Below are positions 33,656 through 43,563 of a DNA stretch of 64,000 nucleotides, one piece after another. Below the pieces are notes generated by a model. The model was not told where the DNA came from. It made no database searches and saw only the letters and a program-made list of their open reading frames with translations. The stretch comes from a virus. Positions within the stretch are counted from its first letter, which is position 1; every line of letters begins with the position of its first letter. Both the position numbers and the translations under genes were made by a program. The DNA is taken from the IMG/VR virus record IMGVR_UViG_3300045988_176686. The stretch is one strand, 5' to 3'.

Positions 33656-33883
33656 TCAATGAGTGCCTTCCTCTATGCACTGAAAACCTTGCTCAATGTG
33701 TTCGTACATTTTCTTGCACCAATCATCAGCAGGGAGTCCGTTTAGCCGATCGGCAAAGACCTTCATGCTATACAACATGGTTTTCACACCTACGTCGTAG
33801 GCTTCTCTACCATTTTCGCGTTGCTCGGCTTCGGTGTAACCACCTAACCAATGAATGATTTTAGTTTTGAGTTTGTCAATCAT
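33656..33883 (-). CDS. hypothetical protein
   Basis: 75-aa ORF. Confidence 0.5.
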   Translation of the reverse strand: MIDKLKTKIIHWLGGYTEAEQRENGREAYDVGVKTMLYSMKVFADRLNGLPADDWCKKMYEHIEQGFQCIEEGTH

Positions 33884-33907
33884 AATTTATCCTCCTCTTT
33901 TTAATAG

Positions 33908-34462
33908 TTATTCTTCGTTATGCAGAGCGTGTTTCACATCCTCGTACATTGCCATTTCTACTTGTGTGCCATCGAAATGACCAACGGCAAGCAGTTGTCC
34001 GTTCTCTAACGTGGCATCCTTAGCCGAAGGTGCTGAAGCACGAATAATCATGATGTCGAACTCTCGGATAACATCAAGACTTTCAGGCTTGATTTCGCTC
34101 ATCGTGGTACGAGCATGCTGACGAATGCGGTAGATGTCGGCATTGGTCAGGTTGGGATTGTCTTGCTGTGCATGGCGCACTGCTTCAGTTTCAATATCCA
34201 ACACACGCTGTTCGTAAGCAGCGGTAATGAGTTGGTAGTTTTGCCAAGTTGCTACTTGTTCAAGAAACTTTTGAAAGCCTTCTTTGCCCTCAGCTATTTT
34301 AAGCAGGGCAAAACGCTCTTCAATAAGCAAGATGTTGTCTTTCTCTTTCCAGTAGATGTTGCCTCGCTTTGACAACTGGTCAAGTATGCCAAACATGGTT
34401 GAGAGGTTACGAATGCCGCTTAATAGCTCTTTCTGTCTTCTTCGTTTAAAGAAATTCCACAT
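33908..34462 (-). CDS. hypothetical protein
   Basis: 184-aa ORF. Confidence 0.6.
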   Translation of the reverse strand: MWNFFKRRRQKELLSGIRNLSTMFGILDQLSKRGNIYWKEKDNILLIEERFALLKIAEGKEGFQKFLEQVATWQNYQLITAAYEQRVLDIETEAVRHAQQDNPNLTNADIYRIRQHARTTMSEIKPESLDVIREFDIMIIRASAPSAKDATLENGQLLAVGHFDGTQVEMAMYEDVKHALHNEE

Positions 34463-34551
34463 AATTGTAAGTTTTTTTAAAAATACGTTTCCTATTCATC
34501 GCGAACCAGAAACGCGGAATAATCTAATCCAATAATCATAACATAAACAAA

Positions 34552-34866
34552 TCAATGCGTAATAAATCGGGTGCCGTCCACCTCTAACACTAAGATGTCG
34601 TTGACCCACCTTATTTCTTTGCTCTCAATAAACTGCACTCTGCGTTTGTGCGTGAGTGTGTTAACCGAAAGGCAAATGCAGTTGCCCTCGTCTACATGCC
34701 CTGTTTTAGTGAGAAACTTGATGTAGAACGGGTGGCGTTCAACTTGGGTGGCACTCTGCGGATGCACATAGCCCGTCACGAGTTGATGACTGCGAGGGTC
34801 AATCCATTGCCACTTTTCGGTATATTGGCGAAGGTTGGTGTAGGATTGTTGTGGACGACTATTCAT
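34552..34866 (-). CDS. hypothetical protein
   Basis: 104-aa ORF that overlaps the upstream gene by 8 nt. Confidence 0.55.
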   Translation of the reverse strand: MNSRPQQSYTNLRQYTEKWQWIDPRSHQLVTGYVHPQSATQVERHPFYIKFLTKTGHVDEGNCICLSVNTLTHKRRVQFIESKEIRWVNDILVLEVDGTRFITH

Positions 34867-35485
34867 AAGGCGGAAATTCTACGTTGAGGAAATGAGTTAA
34901 CTCAGAACACAGGTTTGTGCGCTTACTCTGCTTTGCGCCTTGACGGTGACGAAGCACATCGGGAAAGAGCACATTGCACAAAGGGTTGCCCCAATCCTGA
35001 CTATTAGAATATGTTGACAATATGGGGTAGAAGGTGGCATGATAGTTGGTTAGTCTGGCACTCATAGTGCGAGAGTACATAGGACCTTCAACGACCAATG
35101 CCTTGTCTGCGGAGTACAGAACTAAGTGGGATGCCCCATCTGTCGCATCTCGGTGCTGCACATATAACACCTTATTCTTATAGTCGGACAGATACTTATC
35201 AACCATTGCCGAACAATCTTGTGAGGTAGACAATACCAAAGCATTTATCCAGCCGCGCTCAAAGCATTGCAGAAAGAACGCCATCGTTTCGACTTCAATA
35301 AAGGTCATGCTTACTACCATTGTGTGCGACTGTTCTAACATATAACCCAAGGCACGATACAACTTTTCGAGTGTTACGTCGCTATGGGTGTAGAACGTGA
35401 GCGAACGGTAGGGGGCTTGCATGATAGCCCTTGGCAATTTGCGGTCTACGCAACAAGGCGGAATGAATAATAACGTATCTTCCAT
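34859..35485 (-). CDS. hypothetical protein
   Basis: 208-aa ORF directly downstream of the clamp gene. Confidence 0.6.
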   Translation of the reverse strand: MEDTLLFIPPCCVDRKLPRAIMQAPYRSLTFYTHSDVTLEKLYRALGYMLEQSHTMVVSMTFIEVETMAFFLQCFERGWINALVLSTSQDCSAMVDKYLSDYKNKVLYVQHRDATDGASHLVLYSADKALVVEGPMYSRTMSARLTNYHATFYPILSTYSNSQDWGNPLCNVLFPDVLRHRQGAKQSKRTNLCSELTHFLNVEFPPYE

Positions 35486-35517
35486 TGTGTTCTGAGTTTA
35501 GGTTTTGTGGGTTGTGG

Positions 35518-36702
35518 TTAATCGAAGAGCATTGGCATACAAAGCGTGAGAACCTTGGGTGCCGGGTCATCAGCTGTAATCAGAATAGCTCGGTTGGGTT
35601 CTGAAAGCTGCATGCGCACATTATCTGAGTCGATGGCGTTGAGTGAATCTTCTATACGACCTGCGTTCACACAAATACGGAATTGCTCATCGCATTGTGA
35701 GTCTATAATAAACACTTGATCGTCGGCGGCGGTTGAATAATCCACATCCTTTGCCGAAACATCAATGAACATACCGTTCTTGGTAAGCATAAGTCTGTTG
35801 TGATTCTTGTCACCAAAAATGCTTACACGCTTTATAATCTCGATCATTTCTTTCTTATTAAATGAAATATAGAAAGGATTGCCCATTGGGATAACCGACG
35901 CGTAGTTGGGATAAATTTTGTCGATAGACTTACAGATCAACTCAATGTCGTCGGCTGTAAATTTAAGTGTGTGTGTGTCGCTCTCAATCTCCACTACCTC
36001 GCAACCATCGAACACCGACATGGTGCGGAAGAACATCGATGGCAAGAGCAAACGGCCGGGCTTACCTCCTTTAAAGAACTCACTACCTCCATTTGCAGGA
36101 TCGTTAGAATAAGTGGTTCGAATAAGGGTTTGTCCGTCTGTAGCCACGAAGTTAATGGTTGAACGATCTTCTAATACGTCCATGCAAAGGCAATTCATTT
36201 GAGGGCGCAACTCGTCCTTTGACGTAAAGTTTGCTGAGTGCGCAAGTACCTCATTGAAGAATGGAACCGGAAGTACAAGTTTTGTTGTATCACCCTTTGG
36301 TTCAATGAGCATAGGAAATTCCGTACCATCGAGGAAGGGAATTGAAGCCTTACCCTCCTTGGTGTTGCCGTTGCTATCGGTGCAATAAGTGAGCGCAATG
36401 GTATTGCTATCCTTGTCGAAAATCATTGAGAGTGTGCAATCGGGCAAAGTAGCGAGGAAAGGAATAAAAGTTTTGATAGGCAAAGCAACGGGATCTTCGA
36501 ACGTGCCTTCAAACAAGGTTAAAGGTGCGGGAATGGTGAGCTGCGAACTGCTGGATGCCGAAATGAAGTAGAAGTTGTTTTCGCCCTTGCAAGTAAGTAA
36601 CACATTGTCGAGAATGGCCAACGGGTTTTTACTGGCAATACACTTTGAAGCCTTGCATAAGGCAGTGTGAAGGGCTTTAGATGATTGAGCTTGAAGTTTC
36701 AT
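35518..36702 (-). CDS. dnaN: DNA polymerase III beta sliding-clamp homolog
   Basis: 394 aa. PLAILDNVLL, NFVATDGQTLIRT, KSIDKIYPNYASVIP, NVRMQLSEPNRAILI and LCMPM line up in order with E. coli DnaN LPILGNLLL, VATDGHRLAV, KLVDGRFPDYRRVLP, NVRMMLTDSVSSVQI and VVMPMRL. Confidence 0.85.
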   Translation of the reverse strand: MKLQAQSSKALHTALCKASKCIASKNPLAILDNVLLTCKGENNFYFISASSSSQLTIPAPLTLFEGTFEDPVALPIKTFIPFLATLPDCTLSMIFDKDSNTIALTYCTDSNGNTKEGKASIPFLDGTEFPMLIEPKGDTTKLVLPVPFFNEVLAHSANFTSKDELRPQMNCLCMDVLEDRSTINFVATDGQTLIRTTYSNDPANGGSEFFKGGKPGRLLLPSMFFRTMSVFDGCEVVEIESDTHTLKFTADDIELICKSIDKIYPNYASVIPMGNPFYISFNKKEMIEIIKRVSIFGDKNHNRLMLTKNGMFIDVSAKDVDYSTAADDQVFIIDSQCDEQFRICVNAGRIEDSLNAIDSDNVRMQLSEPNRAILITADDPAPKVLTLCMPMLFD

Positions 36703-36725
36703 TGTTGGGTTCGTTTAAAAAGGTT

Positions 36726-37334
36726 TTAGAATGGGAGGTCTTCTCCATTGAAGTTCGCACCCCATTGTGGTTGCGTAGTTTCGTTGTTGGCAGGTGCTAC
36801 ATAAGCAGTAGCATTGCTTGCGGCATTGTAGGCTTGCTGTGGATAGGCTGTTTGCTGCGCATTATTCTGTGGCTGATAGAGCATGGCCAAACGCTTGTTC
36901 ATGCGGTTGCGAAGTGCCTTAAACAAATGACTATTTTCGTCTTGCACATCTTGCGTCATAATGCTTGGGTCGCGCTCTTTGTTCTGCTCCTTTACTTGTT
37001 CTACCAAATTAGGGAATGACTTAGCAATGTATTTCACAAATTCGGTAGTGTAAGAGATTTTCATCTCGTGCGTTGGCACATTCACATTGTTGTCGCCTCG
37101 CTCTTGTGCCTTTCGACGAACGGCATTTTTATATTCCTCGTGGAGTGGCCAAATGTTTACGCGCAGTCCGGCAATTTGCTTGGTTGCATCATTGCGCGAG
37201 GTGGTTAGTCTGATTTCGTTTAAGTCAACTGGCACACAGACAAATGCACGTGTGGGGTTCTGTGGGTCGATACCTGTAAAAACTTGTGCGCCATTGAGCG
37301 CAAGGAGGTCAATACTCCCGTTGTAACTTGCCAT
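36726..37334 (-). CDS. SSB-like protein (non-canonical N-domain, Gln/Asn/Ala-rich linker, acidic EDLPF tail)
   Basis: 202 aa. A low-complexity linker (QPQNNAQQTAYPQQAYNAASNATAYVAPANNETTQPQ) ends in GEDLPF-COOH, the architecture of SSB C-terminal tails (E. coli DDDIPF). It sits between the clamp and primase-helicase genes. Confidence 0.55.
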   Translation of the reverse strand: MASYNGSIDLLALNGAQVFTGIDPQNPTRAFVCVPVDLNEIRLTTSRNDATKQIAGLRVNIWPLHEEYKNAVRRKAQERGDNNVNVPTHEMKISYTTEFVKYIAKSFPNLVEQVKEQNKERDPSIMTQDVQDENSHLFKALRNRMNKRLAMLYQPQNNAQQTAYPQQAYNAASNATAYVAPANNETTQPQWGANFNGEDLPF

Positions 37335-37374
37335 AATTGTTTGAGTTTATTTGTTTGTTGTTGTTTCGTTGTTA

Positions 37375-40300
37375 TTAGAAGGGTAAATCCTCCTCTTTGA
37401 TTTGAGCAACCGATTGGGCGACTTGGTTTTCGTTATTGCTTATGACTATTCGTTTGCCTTGCTTGCGCGACATGAAGTTGTCCCAACGGGTTTGTTCTTC
37501 GTCGGTGAGCTTCACAATTTTGCCATCTTCATCGCGACAGGGCAAAAGGTCGGGTTGTTCAGCAAACTTACGCGCAATGCTTTTGAGTTCTTTGTAGTCC
37601 TTGGGTACTTTATCCTTACCAGGTCGGTAGAAGAAGAACACATGCTTTGACGTTTGCAAGTAGCGAATGTATTTAGGCGAAACGGTTTTGTCGTTTTCCC
37701 ACTCGCGACCCACAAAGTACTCTTGTGTGACCCATGCTTGCAACTTGAAACATTTGCGGTGCTTATCAGCATCGTTCTCAAAGAGGTGCTTGGGGTTGCA
37801 AGTAATGCCCATGTTCTCGCAATAGTCGTAAATCTTCTTTTTAAAAGTGGCTCGGCTATACTCTTTCGATTTTCCTTCGCTGGCATCTGCCCAGTTGCGA
37901 AGAAAGTCGTTAAACATCTCGTCCGTGCAAATGGGTACACCATAAATCTCCGACTGAGAGAAGAACCATTCAAAGTAGTTCACAATATTCTCGGTGAGTT
38001 TCTGAACCATTTGTCGACGGCGCACATTCTCTTGCGGTGCAATAGCAAAGGTGTGGTAACGCATAAGGAACTGAACCGCCAAAGCACAGATATATATAAT
38101 CTGATTGCGGTCTGTGTCGGACAAGTCTTCGGGGTTTTTACTGAACCCTTTCATCAGATCGCTCATCATGCGTGCCGGTTGTCGCTTTTGTGGATTCTCA
38201 CGTGCAAATCGGTTGGAGAAGCTAACTAAAGGAAATCGTCCGATTGTAGACGAGGCATCATCCGACAACGGATAGTTAGACGTGATAACATGCAGAGGCG
38301 AGTCCTTCATTTTAAAGGAAACAGCATCGCTATTCTTTCGCTCAGCACTCGTTCCACCCGTTATCTGCACATAGAAATAATCCAATGGAAAACTTCTCGG
38401 TTTGTCTTCCCAGTGAACCACTCTGAACTTACCAGGGTATTTGATGATGTCTGTAAGGACAAATCGCGCATCGCCAATATCCTTAAAATGTCGCATATCA
38501 ACGCTAAACACATTAACGGCAGCACCGACGAAAGTATTTATCACCCACGACTTACCCGAACCACCCGTAGCCTGCTTCTCATCTGGAATAGAGTCCTCGA
38601 GCAGATATGGGCAGACGTTCTCCATCTTGTCCCATGTTCGGAAGCAAACACGACCTATTCCTGAAATCAGGTTCACAAAATGACTATTGATAACCGCTAT
38701 GTCATCCTCGGACATCTGTTGCTTTTTACGGATAGAGTCTTGTTCCTTCTCCCACAAGGTGTTGGCACAACCGCGAATGATACGCAATGAAGGCCACAAG
38801 TCCTGCTCACGCTTGCCATTCCAATCTACCTGCCAACGGTATGTCTGCGCCCATTCAGCAAGTTCAGCTTTCATTTGTCCCACCTCGATGATAGAGAACA
38901 CAGGCGAATCATCCTCGTTGCGCATCGCCTCTTTTGCCTCAATGGACTTCTTCTTATCAATATACTCCTGACTCTCCCTTATCGCAAATGGAGGCTTGAA
39001 TACACGCATCGTGAAGTCGTAGGGTTTGCGAGCTAAGGCAGGAATAAAAAAGTTGATGTTGTCGTAATTGACAGGTATTATAGCATCGGGCGTAATCTTC
39101 AGAGCCATATTGCGGAAGTAGAAATATTCCGTCTTGGCATTAAAAGCATCGGCAAAATCAATCACCATAGACAGTAAACCACCTGCACTCTTCTCGGTAA
39201 AAGTCTTATCTACCATGTTGGCACAGTCCGACATAAGGCGTTGCTCGAGGTCGTTGTGTCGCCAACATTGTTCAATAAATTCCAGCAACAAATTCTTCAT
39301 AGCCTGAATGATACTGTTGCTTTCTATATATTCCACAAAGCAACGGTCGAGGTGAATGTACTGTCCTACAAGGTCGGTGCTTTCAGGATCTATCATGCGG
39401 TAATATCCGTGTGCCGACATAAAGAGCCAAACCTTAGAAGGTGATACCTTGCAAGTAGGTGGCTTAGGTTTGCCACTTCGCGGATCACGCGGATATTCAA
39501 TTTCAAATGGGTCGGTGTTCTTTGCGCCACGCAAACGCGAGTAGAGTGGTATGCGAAGGTCGTGGTCGAACTTAAAATTATCCTCGTCGGTCATGCGGTA
39601 GGCTATCATGTAATCGCGCACAGAACGAGGTGAGCAACCATATAACCATTGCCAACGCTGATTGTAACGTGAGCGGAAGGCTTCTGGCAACATAGCATAG
39701 AATAAGTCGCTATATTTAGTTGCAATCGCTCCGCAATCACGTTGACTGGCAATATCATTTGGGTAAAGCATAATGATACGCTCAGCAAAGCGTTTCATCT
39801 TTTGATATTGTATGGCGTTGAAGTCAAGTTTCTCTTGTCGCCATTGTCCGCGGTCGATATAAAAGAAATTTCTTCTGCCTATGCTGAAGGCCACATGATA
39901 CCAACAGAATTTTTGAAAATGCGGATCGTGCTCTTTGTCGATGCGAAGCGAACGCATGGCGTAATATACGCTAATGGCATCTTCTGGTGTGCGGCAGAAC
40001 ACGATGTTGCGAGCTTTTACGTCGGAAGGCTTTATTTTTTCTTGTTCCAAACGAAACGTTCCTTTCGGCTCGCCATCCTTAGTTTCGTTCTCCACCCAAA
40101 TATCTCTTGTGTCGGAATATTGCTCGTTCGGATCAAACTTATCAATGGCTGCATGTACGGCAGTGGATGCGCTATCGCGATTATCCATAGCGTAGGTAAA
40201 GACCTTATCGCCCATGAGCCAACGGCTAACCTTGCGCACACTGTGGTCGTCGCAAGTAGAAAAGACTATTGGGTCGCCTTTCATTGCCGGACGGAACAGA

Positions 40301-41064
40301 CAACCACATGAACCTTGTGGTGCTATAACATCAGTAGCGAAGCAAACAAAAAGTGGATTCCACGGCGTGCCATAAATGACCTCGCTCACTTGCTTTCCTT
40401 CTCGCACTACGTTAGGTAGCGTAACACTATCAACGGCATAAATGCGGAAATCTTTGTTGAGCATGTCGGTGGAAAAGTCCTTGCCAAAACCAAAAGTAGG
40501 AATGCCTTTTACCAACGTGACCTCACAACCGAGTGCGGCAAGTTCTTGCGGATTAAAATCCATCTTAGGCATGAACGAGAAGGTGTCTATCGTCTGCGGT
40601 GCAATGGTGCGGTAGTCCATTTTGCCAAACAACATTGGGAACACCGCACGCGTTTCATCAGTGTCGCCATATACCCGAACCACCAAGTCTTTGCACAATC
40701 GCAACAAACTGGCTCCGTGCATAGGCAAATTGCGCATGGCAGCATAAAGTTCTAAAGTACCATAGCCTTGCTTGCCTGTTTTTGTACACATCCAGCGCAC
40801 GGCTCCGTGCTTGGCTTGCGTATCGCCATCAACCCCTACCCCATTGTAAAGACCGCCACGCTCATCATTGTAGATAATGAAGTGCGGTGTCTTTCCTGCC
40901 TTTGCCTTATCGTCGGTCGGGACATCGGCATCCTCGGTCCCCTTCTTTTGGCAGAAGGGACAGAAACACGCGGTCTGACCTTCAAAATGCTGTTCCTCGG
41001 CTGGCTTCACAAGGTAAGTCAGCGGGAGGTTTGCAAGACGATTGATAATTGGGTGGAATTGCAT
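37375..41064 (-). CDS. primase-helicase (SF3 / D5-P4-like NTPase with a primase-like N-region)
   Basis: 1229 aa. A zinc-finger-like CFCPFCQKKG lies near the N-terminus. Walker A (ATGGSGKSW) and a Walker B-like motif (FRVVHWEDKP) lie in the C-terminal third. The protein ends in EEDLPF. Confidence 0.7.
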   Translation of the reverse strand: MQFHPIINRLANLPLTYLVKPAEEQHFEGQTACFCPFCQKKGTEDADVPTDDKAKAGKTPHFIIYNDERGGLYNGVGVDGDTQAKHGAVRWMCTKTGKQGYGTLELYAAMRNLPMHGASLLRLCKDLVVRVYGDTDETRAVFPMLFGKMDYRTIAPQTIDTFSFMPKMDFNPQELAALGCEVTLVKGIPTFGFGKDFSTDMLNKDFRIYAVDSVTLPNVVREGKQVSEVIYGTPWNPLFVCFATDVIAPQGSCGCLFRPAMKGDPIVFSTCDDHSVRKVSRWLMGDKVFTYAMDNRDSASTAVHAAIDKFDPNEQYSDTRDIWVENETKDGEPKGTFRLEQEKIKPSDVKARNIVFCRTPEDAISVYYAMRSLRIDKEHDPHFQKFCWYHVAFSIGRRNFFYIDRGQWRQEKLDFNAIQYQKMKRFAERIIMLYPNDIASQRDCGAIATKYSDLFYAMLPEAFRSRYNQRWQWLYGCSPRSVRDYMIAYRMTDEDNFKFDHDLRIPLYSRLRGAKNTDPFEIEYPRDPRSGKPKPPTCKVSPSKVWLFMSAHGYYRMIDPESTDLVGQYIHLDRCFVEYIESNSIIQAMKNLLLEFIEQCWRHNDLEQRLMSDCANMVDKTFTEKSAGGLLSMVIDFADAFNAKTEYFYFRNMALKITPDAIIPVNYDNINFFIPALARKPYDFTMRVFKPPFAIRESQEYIDKKKSIEAKEAMRNEDDSPVFSIIEVGQMKAELAEWAQTYRWQVDWNGKREQDLWPSLRIIRGCANTLWEKEQDSIRKKQQMSEDDIAVINSHFVNLISGIGRVCFRTWDKMENVCPYLLEDSIPDEKQATGGSGKSWVINTFVGAAVNVFSVDMRHFKDIGDARFVLTDIIKYPGKFRVVHWEDKPRSFPLDYFYVQITGGTSAERKNSDAVSFKMKDSPLHVITSNYPLSDDASSTIGRFPLVSFSNRFARENPQKRQPARMMSDLMKGFSKNPEDLSDTDRNQIIYICALAVQFLMRYHTFAIAPQENVRRRQMVQKLTENIVNYFEWFFSQSEIYGVPICTDEMFNDFLRNWADASEGKSKEYSRATFKKKIYDYCENMGITCNPKHLFENDADKHRKCFKLQAWVTQEYFVGREWENDKTVSPKYIRYLQTSKHVFFFYRPGKDKVPKDYKELKSIARKFAEQPDLLPCRDEDGKIVKLTDEEQTRWDNFMSRKQGKRIVISNNENQVAQSVAQIKEEDLPF

Positions 41065-41073
41065 AAAGGATTA

Positions 41074-41499
41074 TTATAAATTTAGGAAAGTTTCGAGCCT
41101 GTAATGCCGAATGGCACAGTTGCAAATATTCCTAATGTGTGCTATTAGTAACAAAGTAAATTCCTTAAATGAGATAAAGTGTTCGTTAAGGTTTATCACG
41201 CTCACGGCATAACGCCAATAACATTTGCCATTCTTGTGTCGGCACGAATGCTCTAACTTTATTTTCAAGTCTCTTACATTTCCACACATCGTTTTGTGAA
41301 TGTGGCAACAAGCGTCCTTTAGCAAGGCAAAGGGTGCGCCATAAAACAAGAGGGTCGGTATTTCGTCCTCATTGCCTCGCATGGTTTCGGTGTACGCAAT
41401 GCGGTGCAGATATTCGTGAATGATGGGACGACCCTTATCTTTTTTTCTATCCCTCAGATTGGGAATGTAAGGAGAAAAAATATGACGATTATTTGACAT
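41074..41499 (-). CDS. hypothetical protein
   Basis: 141-aa Cys/His-rich ORF. Confidence 0.55.
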   Translation of the reverse strand: MSNNRHIFSPYIPNLRDRKKDKGRPIIHEYLHRIAYTETMRGNEDEIPTLLFYGAPFALLKDACCHIHKTMCGNVRDLKIKLEHSCRHKNGKCYWRYAVSVINLNEHFISFKEFTLLLIAHIRNICNCAIRHYRLETFLNL

Positions 41500-41508
41500 A
41501 ACTAAGCG

Positions 41509-42171
41509 TTATTGCTCGTGATTGGACAAACAACTGACGTACTTCATCATTTGCCAAGTATTATGAATGCTTCTTTTGCAATCATACAAGGGGTCGTGTG
41601 CAGCACCTGGTGCTTCGTAAGCGTCTACCAAGTCATAAGCCTTGTCGGGTGTAAACTCTGCACCAGACATTTTGCATATTTGAGCTACACTCTCCATGAA
41701 GAATGTGCGGTGGTCGCGGAAGTTTTGATGACTGATGGGAATTTCGATTTGGTATTTATAGCAAATGTTTCGCAAAATAGCCATGTCGTAATCTGTACCT
41801 TGACACCAAAGATTTACCTCGGTTGCTTTACATGCTCGTTTCACATAGTCGATCCAGCAGAAGAAGTCTTTCATTACTTCTTGAATAGGAGAGCAAGGCG
41901 AACCCTCGTTATCCTCGTCCAATACCGCGGCTTTGGCTTCGTCGCTACGTTTTGACCACCATTTAGCGGTGGTAGCATCGAACGTAAAGCCATCTATAAA
42001 CATTCCGCGTAAGTCTACATGCTCTGAAAACATGGGATAAACGATTGGTTTTCTTTCGTCAAAAAATGGGGTATCTTCTCCATTTCGATTCCACGCAACT
42101 GCCCCAATGCTCATGACAGCAGCTGTGGGGCGTAGCGAACAAGTCTCTAAGTCGAAGGTTATATCAATCAT
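41509..42171 (-). CDS. DEDD-family 3'-5' exonuclease (DnaQ-like)
   Basis: The N-terminal MIDITFDLETCS is Exo I (DxE). The C-terminal AAHDPLYDCKRS is Exo III (H-x4-D). Confidence 0.7.
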   Translation of the reverse strand: MIDITFDLETCSLRPTAAVMSIGAVAWNRNGEDTPFFDERKPIVYPMFSEHVDLRGMFIDGFTFDATTAKWWSKRSDEAKAAVLDEDNEGSPCSPIQEVMKDFFCWIDYVKRACKATEVNLWCQGTDYDMAILRNICYKYQIEIPISHQNFRDHRTFFMESVAQICKMSGAEFTPDKAYDLVDAYEAPGAAHDPLYDCKRSIHNTWQMMKYVSCLSNHEQ

Positions 42172-42667
42172 TACGCGAAGCTATATATTGATTCAACAAA
42201 GACTGAATACCCACACTCTCCCACGGTTTCCAATTCTCATCGGTAAAACGCTTGATGGTGGTGCCTGTGCTCATGCCCTTTTGTGCCATAAAGTCGCCAA
42301 ACTTTACACAAAGCCCACCTTGCGCTTTTTTCAAGCAAGAGTAAAACACATTGGGTTTGTCGCACTGAGCCAACGTATAAAGGTACCCTTTGTCGCCAAG
42401 TGTTGCGCCAAGCACATCTGTTTCAACGTAATCGAGCAGACATTGCGCCACGTCAGGTAAAGCTAAAAATTGATTTTTGCAATTTTCAATACCCACAATT
42501 TCCCATTCTGAAAATCCTTTTTGAAAGAAACGAAGGTAAAATGTTGACATTGAAAATCCAAAATCCATAAAAAAGGTTTGCATTGCCTTTTTTTCTTCGA
42601 GTGAAACAGCGTTAATATCTAAAGCTATTCCATCTTTAAGAATTTTATGGAGAATTTCTTTGGTCAT
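42164..42667 (-). CDS. hypothetical protein (first gene of the leftward replication operon)
   Basis: 167-aa ORF downstream of the -7 box at 42694. Confidence 0.6.
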   Translation of the reverse strand: MTKEILHKILKDGIALDINAVSLEEKKAMQTFFMDFGFSMSTFYLRFFQKGFSEWEIVGIENCKNQFLALPDVAQCLLDYVETDVLGATLGDKGYLYTLAQCDKPNVFYSCLKKAQGGLCVKFGDFMAQKGMSTGTTIKRFTDENWKPWESVGIQSLLNQYIASRND

Positions 42668-42693
42668 TCTATTTTTAATTTTTATTTTCGTTG

Positions 42694-42701
42694 CAAATTT
42701 A
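42694..42701 (-). promoter_or_regulatory. Bacteroidota-type -7 box (TAAATTTG on the minus strand) for the replication operon
   Basis: Plus strand reads CAAATTTA, 27 nt upstream of the ATG at 42667. It lies within the 17-nt block shared with 179-195. Confidence 0.45.
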
Positions 42702-42795
42702 ATAATTAGAATTGAAACATCAATGCTTAGTATTGAGAAATTTTCGGATTTTTCGATATTTGGCTTATTTAATAACTTAAAAACAATAGAGAACT

Positions 42796-43464
42796 ATGTT
42801 GTACAGATATAATTATTCGTACCTCGCGGAGTGGATAGAGGCAAATGCACAGATGCCCGTTAACACCATTCTTCAAGCCGTTGGTTCAAAATCGAACAAC
42901 AGCCTGCGCTCATGGGAGCAAAAGTTGTGCGCCATGCCAGTTATTACCTTGCTGCGTTTTTGCAACTCGTTTCAGATTCCTATCGAAGCGTTTATTTGCA
43001 ACACAGGCGAACCGTTTAAAGACCATGTTCGTATTTCCACATCAGCACAGTTTGAACCCGATGGTGGCTACACCACCGACCCGACACTCAGACTGCCTGG
43101 TGAGCGAAAACCTTTAGACCCTACAAACGTAAACATTGTTCCGTCGGTTCTGCCCCATGTAATTGCTTTCACTCCGTGCAAGGAGGGGCAAACAGAAGGT
43201 GTGCTCAAAACGGATGCGGAAACTGAAACGACAAACGAACCATGCGAGGGCGACAATTTACAACCAGAGGCTGGCGCAAGTTTGCTTTCGCTTATCACAC
43301 TCCAGCAACAGCACGCCACAAACGAAGCCGAGCATCTTAAACAACAACAAGCCATGCTCGACATCATCAAAGCGCAACAAGCACAAATTAAAGCACTGAC
43401 CCAACAACTGCAAGAGGAAAGAATGCGTAACAAAGGGTATAACTCAATGGTAGCTGAGCCTTGA
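42796..43464 (+). CDS. putative HTH regulator (repressor-like), divergent from the replication operon
   Basis: 222 aa. The N-terminal YLAEWIEANAQMPVNTILQAVGSKSNNSLRSWEQKLCAMPVITLLRFCNSFQIPIEAFI has an XRE-like helix pattern. The C-terminus is coiled-coil-like (QQQAMLDIIKAQQAQIKALTQQLQEE). It is the only rightward gene in this region. Confidence 0.4.
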   Translation: MLYRYNYSYLAEWIEANAQMPVNTILQAVGSKSNNSLRSWEQKLCAMPVITLLRFCNSFQIPIEAFICNTGEPFKDHVRISTSAQFEPDGGYTTDPTLRLPGERKPLDPTNVNIVPSVLPHVIAFTPCKEGQTEGVLKTDAETETTNEPCEGDNLQPEAGASLLSLITLQQQHATNEAEHLKQQQAMLDIIKAQQAQIKALTQQLQEERMRNKGYNSMVAEP

Positions 43465-43498
43465 TCAGTTGCTAAGGGTTTACCGTCCGGAAACAGCA

Positions 43499-43538
43499 GA
43501 AAGGTTAGAACGAAATAGGCAATTCGTTCTAACCTTTC
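43499..43538. terminator. strong bidirectional terminator hairpin
   Basis: GAAAGGTTAGAACGAA pairs with TTCGTTCTAACCTTTC as a 16-bp stem with an 8-nt loop. It lies between convergent genes and is followed by ATTTT. Confidence 0.75.
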
Positions 43539-43563
43539 ATTTTAAGTAGGTAGCAATGATATG

